Shown here: in pieces, positions 1-9,682 of the stretch | Position numbering within the stretch: the first letter of the stretch is position 1 | How the letters are laid out: each line of letters starts with the position of its first letter | From: Eubacteriales bacterium | Lineage (GTDB): Bacteria; Bacillota; Clostridia; Oscillospirales; CAG-272 | Direction of reading: 5' to 3' | DNA length: 64,000 bases | Assembly: GCA_041655935.1 (NCBI GenBank) | Contig: JBBAEK010000005.1 | Span: 3,034-67,033, forward strand | Translations under genes and position numbers: made by a program | The notes under the pieces: generated by a model | What the model was told of the DNA's origin: nothing | Databases searched by the model: none | The model's input: the letters and a program-made list of their open reading frames with translations, nothing else

Positions 1-363
1 AGACGGGGCTATCTGAGCCGCTACCTGCCGCTGCACTATTACGATCTGCACATCAATCCCACAGAAGCGGTGACCCTGCAGACAGACCGTGAGCACTCTG
101 TCATGCTGTTCACTCTGTTGGGCGACGCTTTGCTCGCCGGCGAGCCGGTCAGGGAAAAGACGGCGGTTAAACTGACCCCCGGTGACCGGGTAGAGATCAG
201 GGCCACAGAGAAAAGCGCGCAGGTTTTATTCATCAGCTCTAAAAGCCTCAGCGAACCGGTGGCTTGGGGCGGTCCCATCGTCATGAACACCGAGGCAGAA
301 TTGCGCCGGGCTTTTGATGACCTGAGACAAGGCACATTTTTACAGGAGACCATCGCTTATTGA
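1..363 (+). CDS. pirin family protein, C-terminal part (5' end outside window)
   Basis: The frame is open from base 1 with no stop. The C-terminal motif PVAWGGPIVMNTEAELRRAFDDLRQG is typical of pirin C-terminal cupin domains. Confidence 0.7.
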   Translation, partial: RRGYLSRYLPLHYYDLHINPTEAVTLQTDREHSVMLFTLLGDALLAGEPVREKTAVKLTPGDRVEIRATEKSAQVLFISSKSLSEPVAWGGPIVMNTEAELRRAFDDLRQGTFLQETIAY

Positions 364-400
364 AGTAATTGCCGCAAGTCCCGAAATTCCGGCGACACCA

Positions 401-429
401 TTGACGCAGTGCATAAATTAGTGTATACT
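401..429 (+). promoter_or_regulatory. sigma70-like promoter (TTGACG-17 nt-TATACT)
   Basis: TTGACG at 401-406, a 17-nt spacer, TATACT at 424-429. It lies ~110 nt upstream of the ORF at 540. Confidence 0.5.
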
Positions 430-492
430 ATAATAAATCCTTGATTTGAGTGTCAATATATGTAGGAAATGGGCAAATTCAGGACATGCGCC

Positions 493-532
493 TACGGGAG
501 CAAAACCACCCGTAAATATAAAAAACAAGGAG
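493..532 (+). promoter_or_regulatory. preQ1-I-like riboswitch candidate
   Basis: UACGGG-AGCAAAACCA-CCCGUA hairpin followed by the A-rich tail AAAUAUAAAAAACAAGGAG, which contains the SD. The layout closely parallels known preQ1-I aptamers (5-6 bp P1, 10-nt loop, A-rich tail ending AAGG). It sits directly before a QueD/PTPS-family gene. Confidence 0.45.
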
Positions 533-539
533 AATCATC

Positions 540-1100
540 ATGAGAAGTTTCACAACGTTGGACCTGCAATACGCACACAGATTTTACGGGTTCAAAGGCG
601 AGGCACAATACCTGCACGGACATACGGGCATCCTGACCATTGAAGTGGAAGGCGACGTCAACATGGGAGTCAATATGGTATTCCCGTGCAATGAAATCAG
701 GAAAACCGCTTGGGACGTCTTGCAGAACTTTGACCACGCGCTGATTTTGAGAGAAGACGATCCGTTGCTGCCCGCCATTCTGGGTGTTTATGAGAAGCAA
801 GGCATCAAAAACGGCGCCCCGACCAACCAGCAAAAAGGCCCCGCTTTCAAAACCGAACTGGCCACAGCCTATCCGGAATGCCGCTTGGTGGTCACCAAAG
901 AAACCATGACCGTGGAAGGCATGATTAAAATCGTCTACGACCTGCTGAAGGACAAGCTGAACATTGTGAAGCTCACCTTTACCAGCGGCGTCAACGGTGC
1001 CACCGAAGAATACGAGCCCCACAAGGAAATGGATCGCTGCCCGTTATGCGGCATCGCATTGAAAGACGGCGTGTGCCCCAAATGCGGCTACAAGAAGTAA
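540..1100 (+). CDS. queD: 6-carboxytetrahydropterin synthase (QueD/PTPS family) with C-terminal CxxC-x9-CxxC zinc ribbon
   Basis: The HGHTG...EVEGDV motif matches the PTPS/QueD fold. The C-terminus reads CPLCGIALKDGVCPKCG. AAGGAG RBS at 527-532. The preQ1-like leader upstream supports a queuosine link. Confidence 0.65.
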   Translation: MRSFTTLDLQYAHRFYGFKGEAQYLHGHTGILTIEVEGDVNMGVNMVFPCNEIRKTAWDVLQNFDHALILREDDPLLPAILGVYEKQGIKNGAPTNQQKGPAFKTELATAYPECRLVVTKETMTVEGMIKIVYDLLKDKLNIVKLTFTSGVNGATEEYEPHKEMDRCPLCGIALKDGVCPKCGYKK

Positions 1101-1125
1101 TCCGTTCAACCGAAACATAACCTAA

Positions 1126-1176
1126 GGCAAAGCACTCTATGCCACCATGCGTAGAGTGCTTTGCCCCTTTTTCTTT
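1126..1176 (+). terminator. intrinsic terminator
   Basis: GGCAAAGCACTCTA / TAGAGTGCTTTGCC stem followed by CCTTTTTCTTT. Confidence 0.7.
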
Positions 1177-1368
1177 CCGCTACCGCCGCGCCGGACTTAC
1201 ATTTCACCATCAAGTTACCCTCATAGACAGTGAATCACCCATCGGACAAGCACCCACGAATAGTCCTCGCGGCAAACCTCAGGCGGGCGAACCCAAAAAT
1301 CTATGTCGGATGGTGCGAACAACCTGAGCCGGAGGCTATTCACAACAGATGAGCGGAGGTCGTCCGGG

Positions 1369-1935
1369 ATGAAAGATTTTCATAGAACAAACCTGTATTT
1401 CTCTCTTTGCGGCCTGAACTGTGCTTTATGCGCCATGCATCTGGGCGGGCACTGCCCGGGATGCGGCGGCGGAGAGGGCAACCAATCCTGCGCCATCGCC
1501 AAATGCAGCCTGCAGCACGGCAAAGTTGACTATTGCTTTCAGTGTTCCGAATTCCCCTGCCCGAGGTATGAGGGCATAGAGGCGTATGATTCGTTTATTA
1601 CCCATCAGAGGCAACTCAAAGACATTGAACGCGCGCAAGCAATCGGCATCGAAGCTTATAGCAAAGAACAAGCCCGAAAGGCTGATTTGTTGCATCTGTT
1701 GCTCTCCGACTACAACGACGGCCGCCGGAAAACATTCTATTGCCTCGCGGTCAATCTTTTACCGTTGCAGGACATAGAAAACGTGATGAAACAGCTCACG
1801 GCAGCTCCCTCTCTCCCGCACCTGCCCATCAAAGAAAAAGCCGAAAAGGTCGTTTTTCTTTTCGGGCGCCTTGCCCTGCAACAGGGGCTTGTCTTGAAGC
1901 TCCGTAAAAAAGAGTCAAAAAGCAACCCAACATAA
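1369..1935 (+). CDS. DUF3795-like Cys-rich protein
   Basis: Cys pattern CGLNCALC...HCPGCGGG...CAIAKC...CFQCSEFPC. GGAGG lies 9 nt before the ATG at 1369 (the ORF track starts earlier, at 1303). Confidence 0.65.
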   Translation: MKDFHRTNLYFSLCGLNCALCAMHLGGHCPGCGGGEGNQSCAIAKCSLQHGKVDYCFQCSEFPCPRYEGIEAYDSFITHQRQLKDIERAQAIGIEAYSKEQARKADLLHLLLSDYNDGRRKTFYCLAVNLLPLQDIENVMKQLTAAPSLPHLPIKEKAEKVVFLFGRLALQQGLVLKLRKKESKSNPT

Positions 1936-1940
1936 AAGAA

Positions 1941-1980
1941 GGCGCCCTATGTCCCATCGCATAGAGCGCCTTTTTATTTT
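1941..1980 (+). terminator. intrinsic terminator
   Basis: GGCGCCCTATG / CATAGAGCGCC stem followed by TTTTTATTTT. Confidence 0.7.
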
Positions 1981-2064
1981 TCACCCGATTCATGCCCCGC
2001 AGGATGGCTTTTTGAGAAACAATGTGCTATAATCAATGATCATAGTGCCGATGAGGGGGAGTGA

Positions 2065-2381
2065 ATGTTCACGGAGTGGTATGTATGCTTGCAGGGAGAG
2101 GCCATCATTGCGGGTATGGGAGTCATTGAGAATGACTTTCATGACAGAAAAGACCCGCCCCCGACGTCTGCGCAGTGTATACGGAGGCGGCGTACAGAGG
2201 GCAAGGGATCGCCGGTGAACTCCTTCACTTTGTGGTGGCCGATAATCAAGCCAAAGGGATTTCTCCGCTCTATTTGGTGACAGACCATCAGGGATTTTAC
2301 AAAAGATATGGTTGGGAATATCTGTGCATGGCGCAGGGCTACGGGGAAGCCAAGATGAGCAGAATGTATATTCACAGATGA
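2065..2381 (+). pseudogene. GNAT acetyltransferase remnant, frameshifted and N-terminally short
   Basis: The frame from 2065 gives ...GEAIIAGMGVIENDFHDRKD. The frame from 2175 gives YTEAAYRGQGIAGELL...GFYKRYGW (the GNAT acetyl-CoA motif). The two frames join only by a 1-nt shift in the C-run near 2150-2165. Confidence 0.5.
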
Positions 2382-2424
2382 GTTTCACAAGTAAGGGCTT
2401 TTCACACAAAGGAGGCGGTTCTTC

Positions 2425-3336
2425 TTGAAAAAAGACAAAAGATCAATCATCGGATGGATCATGGTATCCATCACCACAGTATTCTCCTGCGTTTGGGCTT
2501 ATTGGGGAACCATAGAGAACTTTCATGAGGGGTGGTACTCCACGTCCCTCGGGGAGAATCTGTTCATGTTGTTCTTTCAGTATTTGCTGTTCACCATCAT
2601 CTTTGTAGCGCTGGCTGTCACGACGCTGCGGTGGAAGAAAATAGGGATGCTGTTGCATGGGATCGTGGCTGTGGGGAGTGTGTGGTTTTTTTCCGGCGCC
2701 AGCTTCAGCGTGATCGGCCTCATGGTGGCCATTCCCATCATTGCGCTGGGTATAGGCTATTATTATGGAGAGCCAAAGCCAAAGAAATGGGCTTACAGAC
2801 TGCTTGTGACCGTCCCGTTGCTCATGATTTTGGCGATTGCCATCCCACAAGGGATCAGGGTTTCCCAAAGGGTCAATGATCATGACGACGGCATGAGAAC
2901 GGTACCGGGCAATGGTGTCACATTGGTCTGGGCACCCAGAGGGCCCGGTTGGCCTGACCGGGGGACATCATGGGAGGAGGCGCAGAGAATCTGTCAATAC
3001 CTATCGGAAGACGGCACGGTCTTGATGGAAGAAGCGCAAAATATCTGGCGACTGCCTACGGTGGATGAGGCAGTTCGTTCCATGATGCTCCACGGACAAA
3101 ACGCGGGCGGCACATGGGACGCCCTCGAGGGGAAAGCGGTGTACCTACGAACTCCGGACAAAGAAACCCCTCTGTGGGACCCCCATTCCAAAGTGATTTA
3201 CTACTGGACCGCAGAAACCTCCCCGCAAGATGAGCGCAGGGCGTACATCATTGTGTATCACGGCGGTGTATATGGAAAAATGAAAACTGACGGGCAAGAC
3301 TACTTAAGCTTCCGCGCCGTGAAAGATGCGGAGTAG
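2425..3336 (+). CDS. polytopic membrane protein with C-terminal DUF1566 (Lcl C-terminal-like) domain
   Basis: TTG start with GGAGG 9 nt upstream. Several hydrophobic helices are followed by ...SWEEAQRICQ...IWRLPTVDEA..., typical of DUF1566. Confidence 0.65.
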   Translation: MKKDKRSIIGWIMVSITTVFSCVWAYWGTIENFHEGWYSTSLGENLFMLFFQYLLFTIIFVALAVTTLRWKKIGMLLHGIVAVGSVWFFSGASFSVIGLMVAIPIIALGIGYYYGEPKPKKWAYRLLVTVPLLMILAIAIPQGIRVSQRVNDHDDGMRTVPGNGVTLVWAPRGPGWPDRGTSWEEAQRICQYLSEDGTVLMEEAQNIWRLPTVDEAVRSMMLHGQNAGGTWDALEGKAVYLRTPDKETPLWDPHSKVIYYWTAETSPQDERRAYIIVYHGGVYGKMKTDGQDYLSFRAVKDAE

Positions 3337-3399
3337 CCATTTGTATGCGCGCAAAAGAAAAATGGCAATGCCACTCTTTTGGCGGATGGCATCGTGGTA

Positions 3400-6264
3400 T
3401 CAGAACTCGAAAGTGTTGAGCTCGTCATACACCTCATGGTATCTGATTCTTTTCACAGTCGCCCAGAGCGCTTCAAAATCCGACAGGTATTCGCCCCTGT
3501 ACAGGGACAGCAGCTCCTTGGCCGTCTCTCTGGTTTTGTGAAGTTTGAACGCTTCATACGCCTTTTCAAAAAGCTCGGCATCACATTCGATTTTCTCGCG
3601 ACAGAGAAAATAACGGTTCCCCCGACAGACGACCGATGCTTCTATCCCTGCGGCTTTCAGGTCATTCTTTAAGTGTTGCAGATTCACCGAAATCAGGTTC
3701 TTGATATTGCCGGACTCGGAGTCCCACCATATCGCGTTATGTATCTGTTCTTTGGTCGCCCCCTGTTCACCCACGTCGAGCAGAAAGGCCAACAGCTCGC
3801 GTTCCTTTTTTGTCCTGAATTTGACCATACTTTTTCTTTCTCTGTCCTGATACACAGTGAAGGCTCCCAGCGTTTCAACATAGACCTTTCTGGGCCGGTA
3901 TCCGACAAAGGCCATCATCTGCGCGGTGAACTCGGGCTCTATGCCATGCTCATACGCCCACTCCAGAATCGGGTCGTAGGCCTTCCGCATTTTAAAATAC
4001 TCATACAGCCCGTATTCCCGGCAGAGCCTCAGGTACCGCGCGGTCAGCATTGTTGCCTTTTCCTGCTCCTTTGCCGCTATTGCCGCTCGGGCAAGCACTC
4101 CGTACGCCAGGGAGGCATGCAGCATCAGTCCGGCGCTCTCCCCGGTCTCAATGCACTGTCTCGCGCACCAAACGGCATTCGGATAATCGGATACCGCGCC
4201 ATAATACCCCATCAGCCGGGCAAACACAATGCTTTTCAAGTAATCGCCCGCGCCGTCCAGGTTGTCCATGATTTCGCGGACCATGTCTTCCTTCGGGTCA
4301 CTCGTGAACATCAGGCTATAGGTCAGGTGTTGCATTGTTGCCCAATGCATCTGGAAACGGGTTTTCCGGTACAGCGGCGCATATTCGTCTGCCAGGGCAA
4401 AATACTTGATAGCGGTTTCATAGGAGGCGTTCTGCCCGTTCATTCTGTCAGTCAAGGCATTCTGATAGTGTATCTCGGCCGCCAGCAGGTAGCCTGCCCA
4501 CAGCTCCTCATAGTTTCCCGTATTCCTGAGCCGCGAAAGCTCCGCTGACAGCACGGAGAGGGAGCGGCTCCGCTCGCCTAACAGCTGATAGGCCTTCGCG
4601 ACATAAATAGCGGTACTGTGTACTCCTAAAAAGCTTTGCTCCTCCTCCGGGATTTCAAAGGACTTTTCGTAGTACTGCACCGACTCCTTCATATTGCCTT
4701 TGAAAAAGCATACGGCGCACAGATACCGTTCAAACCAACGCTTCACCTTCAGGTTGCCGGCGTTGGCACAGCGCCCGATCATCTGCCGCGCGAGCGTCTC
4801 CGCTTCATGGATCAGCGGAATCCAGCACAGGTTATACAGCTTTTCGATGCCCACCGAATAGACCGACTCGTCGGCCGAATCGCCTAACTTTTCCATCAGC
4901 TCGTCCAACAGCCGGTTTGATGCCTCAAATGAATCAAAATTGCGCAGGACCCTTGCCTGATGGATCATTGCCTCTACATACAGTGGCCGGTCATGCTCGT
5001 TCATTAGGGGGATAGCCGCCGCCAGGCAGGCTTTAGCCCCGACGAAATTCCCGACAAACGACAGGTAAGCCCCCTTTGCCACCAGCATCGGAGGGCTTGC
5101 TTTGACCGCCTTCTCGGGCAGCGCCCGGAACCAACCCCCGAGCTCGCTGTAATGGCCGGTTTTGATATACTCCCGGTAGCATGTGAGGATGATACTTTCC
5201 AGCAGCTCAAAATCCTTCGCGGCGATGGCATAACGGGCAGCCCTTGAATATTGCCGATGCTGAAAATAGTACCGCGCGGCACCCCGCCAAAGCAGGGCAG
5301 TCCGGTGCCGGTCCGCCATTTCCGACAGACTGCTTTTGAAAAGCGCGTGGTAGCGATAACACCCGTCGCTCGTTTTCACAGTGAACATATTTCTCGCCAC
5401 CAGGCTTTCCAGCATCAGCCGTGTGTTTTTTTTGCCCAAAACCTCATCCAGCATCCCGGCTTCCAGCTCATCAAAGCAGGCGGATGCTTTCAGAAAATCC
5501 ACCATATCGGGGTTCAGATTGGCGATACATTCCCGGAAAAGGTAGGTGTACAAAGTTTCCCTGCCGTAGGCGGAGAGGTGGTCAATGGGTATGCCGTTCT
5601 CCAAAAGCACCCGGAAAAACCGTATGGCCAGGGGCCACCCCTCGCTGGCATCGTACAGGGCGGGCTCGTCAAAGCCTACAATATCGGTGACTTCCTCCCG
5701 TGTAAAGGCCAGCTCTTTTTGGGTCAGCTCTGTCAGGTCCCCCTTGATTTTAAACGACACGAATTCCTGCGGGAGAGCCTCCCGGCTGCCAAAGCAGAAG
5801 CGGACATTTTTCGGGGGATATTTGATCAGACACTCTATCAGTTTTTTGATATCCCGGCTTTCGATCGAGTGCAGGTCGTCCAGAACGAGGAGAAAATCGC
5901 AAGGGATTTTTTCCATGCCGCAGGCAAGCAAGCCCGCCAGGATGGCAATGAAATTCTTTTTTTCATGAAAAGGCATATATTCCGATGCCGAAAAGTCGAA
6001 CTCCGGGAAGGTGTACCGGATGGACTGACCGAGCGCGAACACAAAGGAGAACACATCCTCCTCTTCGCTCAAGGTCAACCAGGCGGCCTTGGAGGCTCTT
6101 TGGGCTACCTGTGAGAGCAGAGTGGTCTTTCCGTACCCCGCGCCCGCATGGATATAGACCAGCCTGGCGGGACTGCTCATGAGGACATGGATTAAATGGC
6201 TGCGTATGATTTCTCCTGCGGCGGCTCCCGGTGCCGACAGCCTTACACTCGGAATATCGGACAT
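3400..6264 (-). CDS. STAND-type transcriptional regulator: N-terminal P-loop NTPase, helical/TPR-like middle, C-terminal winged-helix plus BTAD
   Basis: Walker A GAGYGKTTLL and Walker B LLVLDDLH. C-terminus: VETLGAFTV...TKKERELLAFLL...ELFEKAYE...YRGEYL (OmpR/SARP-type DNA-binding plus BTAD). An extended -10 (TGGTATACT) inside the longer ORF argues for the ATG at 6264 rather than the TTG at 6351. Confidence 0.8.
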   Translation of the reverse strand: MSDIPSVRLSAPGAAAGEIIRSHLIHVLMSSPARLVYIHAGAGYGKTTLLSQVAQRASKAAWLTLSEEEDVFSFVFALGQSIRYTFPEFDFSASEYMPFHEKKNFIAILAGLLACGMEKIPCDFLLVLDDLHSIESRDIKKLIECLIKYPPKNVRFCFGSREALPQEFVSFKIKGDLTELTQKELAFTREEVTDIVGFDEPALYDASEGWPLAIRFFRVLLENGIPIDHLSAYGRETLYTYLFRECIANLNPDMVDFLKASACFDELEAGMLDEVLGKKNTRLMLESLVARNMFTVKTSDGCYRYHALFKSSLSEMADRHRTALLWRGAARYYFQHRQYSRAARYAIAAKDFELLESIILTCYREYIKTGHYSELGGWFRALPEKAVKASPPMLVAKGAYLSFVGNFVGAKACLAAAIPLMNEHDRPLYVEAMIHQARVLRNFDSFEASNRLLDELMEKLGDSADESVYSVGIEKLYNLCWIPLIHEAETLARQMIGRCANAGNLKVKRWFERYLCAVCFFKGNMKESVQYYEKSFEIPEEEQSFLGVHSTAIYVAKAYQLLGERSRSLSVLSAELSRLRNTGNYEELWAGYLLAAEIHYQNALTDRMNGQNASYETAIKYFALADEYAPLYRKTRFQMHWATMQHLTYSLMFTSDPKEDMVREIMDNLDGAGDYLKSIVFARLMGYYGAVSDYPNAVWCARQCIETGESAGLMLHASLAYGVLARAAIAAKEQEKATMLTARYLRLCREYGLYEYFKMRKAYDPILEWAYEHGIEPEFTAQMMAFVGYRPRKVYVETLGAFTVYQDRERKSMVKFRTKKERELLAFLLDVGEQGATKEQIHNAIWWDSESGNIKNLISVNLQHLKNDLKAAGIEASVVCRGNRYFLCREKIECDAELFEKAYEAFKLHKTRETAKELLSLYRGEYLSDFEALWATVKRIRYHEVYDELNTFEF

Positions 6265-6626
6265 ATCAATCCACCCACCATACATGATTTTTTGTAAGTA
6301 TACCATGAGCAAAAATGTTTGCTTGCAAGGGCATTTTTGCGAAGCCGTCAATTAGGCATCGCATGTCAGTGCGGGGGGAGCGTCAGCTCCCCGGTATTGC
6401 AAAAGCAATACCATTACCTGCATTATACCATAAAAATACGAAAATCTCAATAAAATAACCAAAAAACAGGCAAAAAAACGATATGTGTTCACGGTTTTGT
6501 TCATTTCATTTTTATATAATAAATAGGAATACATGATTTGAGCAACAATGCGGCAGTTTTTATGCAGATTGACATCGCTCTCGGAACAGACACCGTCCGG
6601 GACAGAACAGAAATCGGGGGGGTGCG

Positions 6627-8321
6627 ATGAACTTGGCAAAAACAAAAAAGCTGATGACAGTTTTCCTGGCAATTACCTTACTGTTTTCTTATATTTCGCT
6701 GTTTTCGATGAGCGTCAACGCGATCGGGGGCATCTCGCCACCCGAGGCACTGACCGGCACCGCGCCGGTCGCCGGATTCGGAAACGCGCTTCATTTTGCC
6801 GCAAACAAAAGGCTGAACATTCCTTTTTCCGACGAGACGAGCATCGGAGGCGGTACGGATTTCACCATTTCCATGTGGGCTTTCCCCGACGACACAGGCA
6901 GTTATTATACATTATATCGGCAGTATCAAGTCAATAGCGGCGCGCTCGGGGTATGGCTACGGTACATCAATCAATACGGCGGGTATCTGTATTGCGGGTT
7001 TGATATATTCGGCGGCGCAGGCTGGCAATGGCCCTGGGCGTGGGCAATCGGTCCGTCCGCCGATTTGCCGAGGATCCCCCCAAACGAATGGTTTCATGTG
7101 GCTATGACCAAGTCGGGGAACCTGGTCACCGTCTATCTGAACGGGGAAGTCTGTTTTGAAATGACGCTGGACGCCGCGCACCGCAACGCACCCGCTCCCA
7201 CCGGCGCTACCATCAGTGTGGGCGGAGAAAGCCAGAACAGCCAGTATTGGAACGGCAAGCTGGATGAGGTCGGCTATTTCGATACCGCACTGTCACAGGC
7301 GGAAATCCGGGCATGGATGTTTCGGGAAATTGACAGTACCCATTCGAAATATGAAAACCTGGCTTGCTATTACCCCCTGAATCAAAGCAGCGGCACTGCT
7401 GTCACCGATTTGACCGGCACCCATCACGGCACTACCGTGGGCATGACGGATGCCGACTGGGTGGCGTCGGATATCAAAACCTGGACCGTCCGTGCGGGTA
7501 CCAACAACACCTGTCAGCTGGTAGGGTCGGATGCCGACGGCACGAGCCACAACGGCACCGACTGGAATCTGACATTCGAGATCACCACCTCCCCGCTTCA
7601 CGGTACAGCGTCGGTGATAGGGGACAACCGGTTTTCGTACACCGTACCTTTGGGCAGTGCGACCACCGATTCTCTGACCTACCGGGTCCGTGACGCGGAC
7701 GGCAATTATTCCGCTCCCCGGACGGTATACATCAACATCCTGTCGATCGTTTCTGTCACCTTTGAAACATACGGCGGCAGCTCTGTCGCCGAACAAAGCT
7801 GTTCATACGGGGCTACGGTGACGCCCCCCGCGACCCCCACCCGGGACGGGTATGAATTCGCGGGATGGTATCAGGATTCCGACTGCCAGACCCCTTGGGT
7901 GTTTGCCGTAAATACGGTGACGGCCGATACGGTCATTTATGCCAAGTGGGATTTGGTGCCCGTCATCAGCGTGACGGTCACTTGGGGGAGCATGGAGTTT
8001 ACCTATACGGACGGCACATGGAACCCCGAAACCCATGAGTACGAGGACGCGGGATGGACCGTCGAGGAGGATGAGAACAAAATCTCGGTTACCAGCACCT
8101 CGAATGTGGCGGTCAAGGTAAGTTATTCCTATGCGCAGGCACCCGGCTACGAGGCGCTCAGCGGCAGTTTTACCGACGGGGCGGGCCCCGTGACCTTCCG
8201 GGAGCTTGCCGCGGGGGACACTACCCCCCAAAGCTGCGCGGCGTATCTGGTGCTCAAGGGCAAACCTCCCGAATGCAATGAAAGTAAAATCGGCTCGATC
8301 ACCGTGACCGTCACCGAGTAG
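6627..8321 (+). CDS. secreted multidomain protein: signal peptide, LamG/ConA-like lectin, Ig/cadherin-like, one InlB B-repeat, C-terminal novel module
   Basis: Signal peptide ending VNA-IG. LamG-like motifs (FTISMWAF..., WFHVAMTKSGNLVTVYLNGE, WNGKLDEVGYF). B-repeat VTFETYGG...GYEFAGWY...IYAKW. The C-terminal module VTWGSMEFTYTDGTWNPETHEYE... is shared with ORF 9066. Confidence 0.75.
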   Translation: MNLAKTKKLMTVFLAITLLFSYISLFSMSVNAIGGISPPEALTGTAPVAGFGNALHFAANKRLNIPFSDETSIGGGTDFTISMWAFPDDTGSYYTLYRQYQVNSGALGVWLRYINQYGGYLYCGFDIFGGAGWQWPWAWAIGPSADLPRIPPNEWFHVAMTKSGNLVTVYLNGEVCFEMTLDAAHRNAPAPTGATISVGGESQNSQYWNGKLDEVGYFDTALSQAEIRAWMFREIDSTHSKYENLACYYPLNQSSGTAVTDLTGTHHGTTVGMTDADWVASDIKTWTVRAGTNNTCQLVGSDADGTSHNGTDWNLTFEITTSPLHGTASVIGDNRFSYTVPLGSATTDSLTYRVRDADGNYSAPRTVYINILSIVSVTFETYGGSSVAEQSCSYGATVTPPATPTRDGYEFAGWYQDSDCQTPWVFAVNTVTADTVIYAKWDLVPVISVTVTWGSMEFTYTDGTWNPETHEYEDAGWTVEEDENKISVTSTSNVAVKVSYSYAQAPGYEALSGSFTDGAGPVTFRELAAGDTTPQSCAAYLVLKGKPPECNESKIGSITVTVTE

Positions 8322-8333
8322 AAGGGAGCGCAT

Positions 8334-8981
8334 ATGGGAAACTATTACCGGACAAAAGAACAGGACAAAAAGCTGATTCTGACCATTCTGCTGTGCGTGG
8401 TCATTTTGGCATCCGCCACGGTGACGATCGTTTTACTGGTCAAAAAATCCCACCGACCGGATGATCAAGACTTGTATCCTACACTTTCTCTGGAGCCGAA
8501 TGCCGAGCTTATCGATGAAGGCGGCTCGACGCAGGCACCGCTCACGAATCCCGAGGGCGGCGGCGCGGTTGGGTTGACCTATTCAAATCAGGCGACCGCC
8601 CCCCGGGGGGACGGCGTGGCAAGCATTCTGTTCAGGAACCCGGCCAAGTCCAACCAGGGCATCATCATTCAGCTTCAGATTACCGACCGGGAGCTGATCG
8701 ACAAACTGGGCAAGACGGGCAGAACAGCGGAAGAAAAAGCCCTCATTGAGGACGCGGAGGGCTACGACAGCGAAACAAGCCGGATGATGATCGCCGAATC
8801 GGGGCTGCTTGAGCCGGGATACCAGCTGGCCACCCTCAGCTTACAGGCACTGCCCGACGGCACCGTGCTACCGGCGGGAACGTATCAGGCGGTATTCTAT
8901 ATACTCGCCTACGACAAAACTACACACGAAAGAGCGATTGTCAACATACAGCTTCCCATCGTCTTGACAATAGAAGATTAA
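8334..8981 (+). CDS. N-terminally membrane-anchored protein of unknown function (paralog of 9683)
   Basis: RBS AAGGGAG. A single TM helix (LILTILLCVVILASATVTIVLLV) is followed by a beta-rich domain. Confidence 0.6.
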   Translation: MGNYYRTKEQDKKLILTILLCVVILASATVTIVLLVKKSHRPDDQDLYPTLSLEPNAELIDEGGSTQAPLTNPEGGGAVGLTYSNQATAPRGDGVASILFRNPAKSNQGIIIQLQITDRELIDKLGKTGRTAEEKALIEDAEGYDSETSRMMIAESGLLEPGYQLATLSLQALPDGTVLPAGTYQAVFYILAYDKTTHERAIVNIQLPIVLTIED

Positions 8982-9065
8982 AAGCATTTTCAAAGGATCT
9001 GCCTCAGGAAGCACCGTGATTTCCTGAAAAGATAAAAATACACCTGATGAAAGGAAAGAAAACTC

Positions 9066-9593
9066 ATGAAGAAACTGATTTCCGCATTGCTCATTCTTGG
9101 CATGTCTCTCTTGCTGTGTATTCCGTCTTATGCCGCCACCATCAACACGGACGGAGGAACAGCCAGCGCCGACGTGAAAGGTACCTACCAGGCCGGGGCG
9201 TCCGCTTCTGTTGTTTTGAGTGTGGATGTTACCTGGGGAAGCATGGAATTTACATACACCGATGCTTCCGAGGGCACATGGAACCCGACCACTCATACCT
9301 ACGAAGATATTGAACCCGCCGCATGGACAGTGGCTGCCGATGCGAACAAAATTACCGTCACCAACCATTCCAACACTGACCTAAGAGTGAATTTTTCCTA
9401 TACCCCGGGCGAAAACTATGACGGCATCTCAGGCACATTCTCCAATAGTTTTGTTGATTTAGCGACAGCCGTAGGCACCACCGTGGCAGGTGCCCCGACA
9501 GACAGCACCTTCCTGACGCTTTCCGGCGACCTCGACTCCGACGCAGACCAGACGGTCATCGGCTCGGTTACCGTGACCCTTGACCTCGGCTAA
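9066..9593 (+). CDS. small secreted protein consisting of the novel TWGSMEFTY module
   Basis: Signal peptide (LLILGMSLLLCIPSYA-AT), then VDVTWGSMEFTYTDASEGTWNPTTHTYED..., collinear with the C-terminus of ORF 6627. Confidence 0.7.
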   Translation: MKKLISALLILGMSLLLCIPSYAATINTDGGTASADVKGTYQAGASASVVLSVDVTWGSMEFTYTDASEGTWNPTTHTYEDIEPAAWTVAADANKITVTNHSNTDLRVNFSYTPGENYDGISGTFSNSFVDLATAVGTTVAGAPTDSTFLTLSGDLDSDADQTVIGSVTVTLDLG

Positions 9594-9682
9594 TAACCAT
9601 GCATCACGAGGTTACAGGGCGCGCCCTGTAACCTCCGTCCCCCTTACAGAGTGCCCACTCACCGATCTATGAAAAGGCACGT

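Noticed and set aside
1990-2409. 139-aa minus-strand ORF covering the GNAT remnant.
   Set aside because: It is antisense to recognisable GNAT motifs, and has no RBS and non-protein-like composition.
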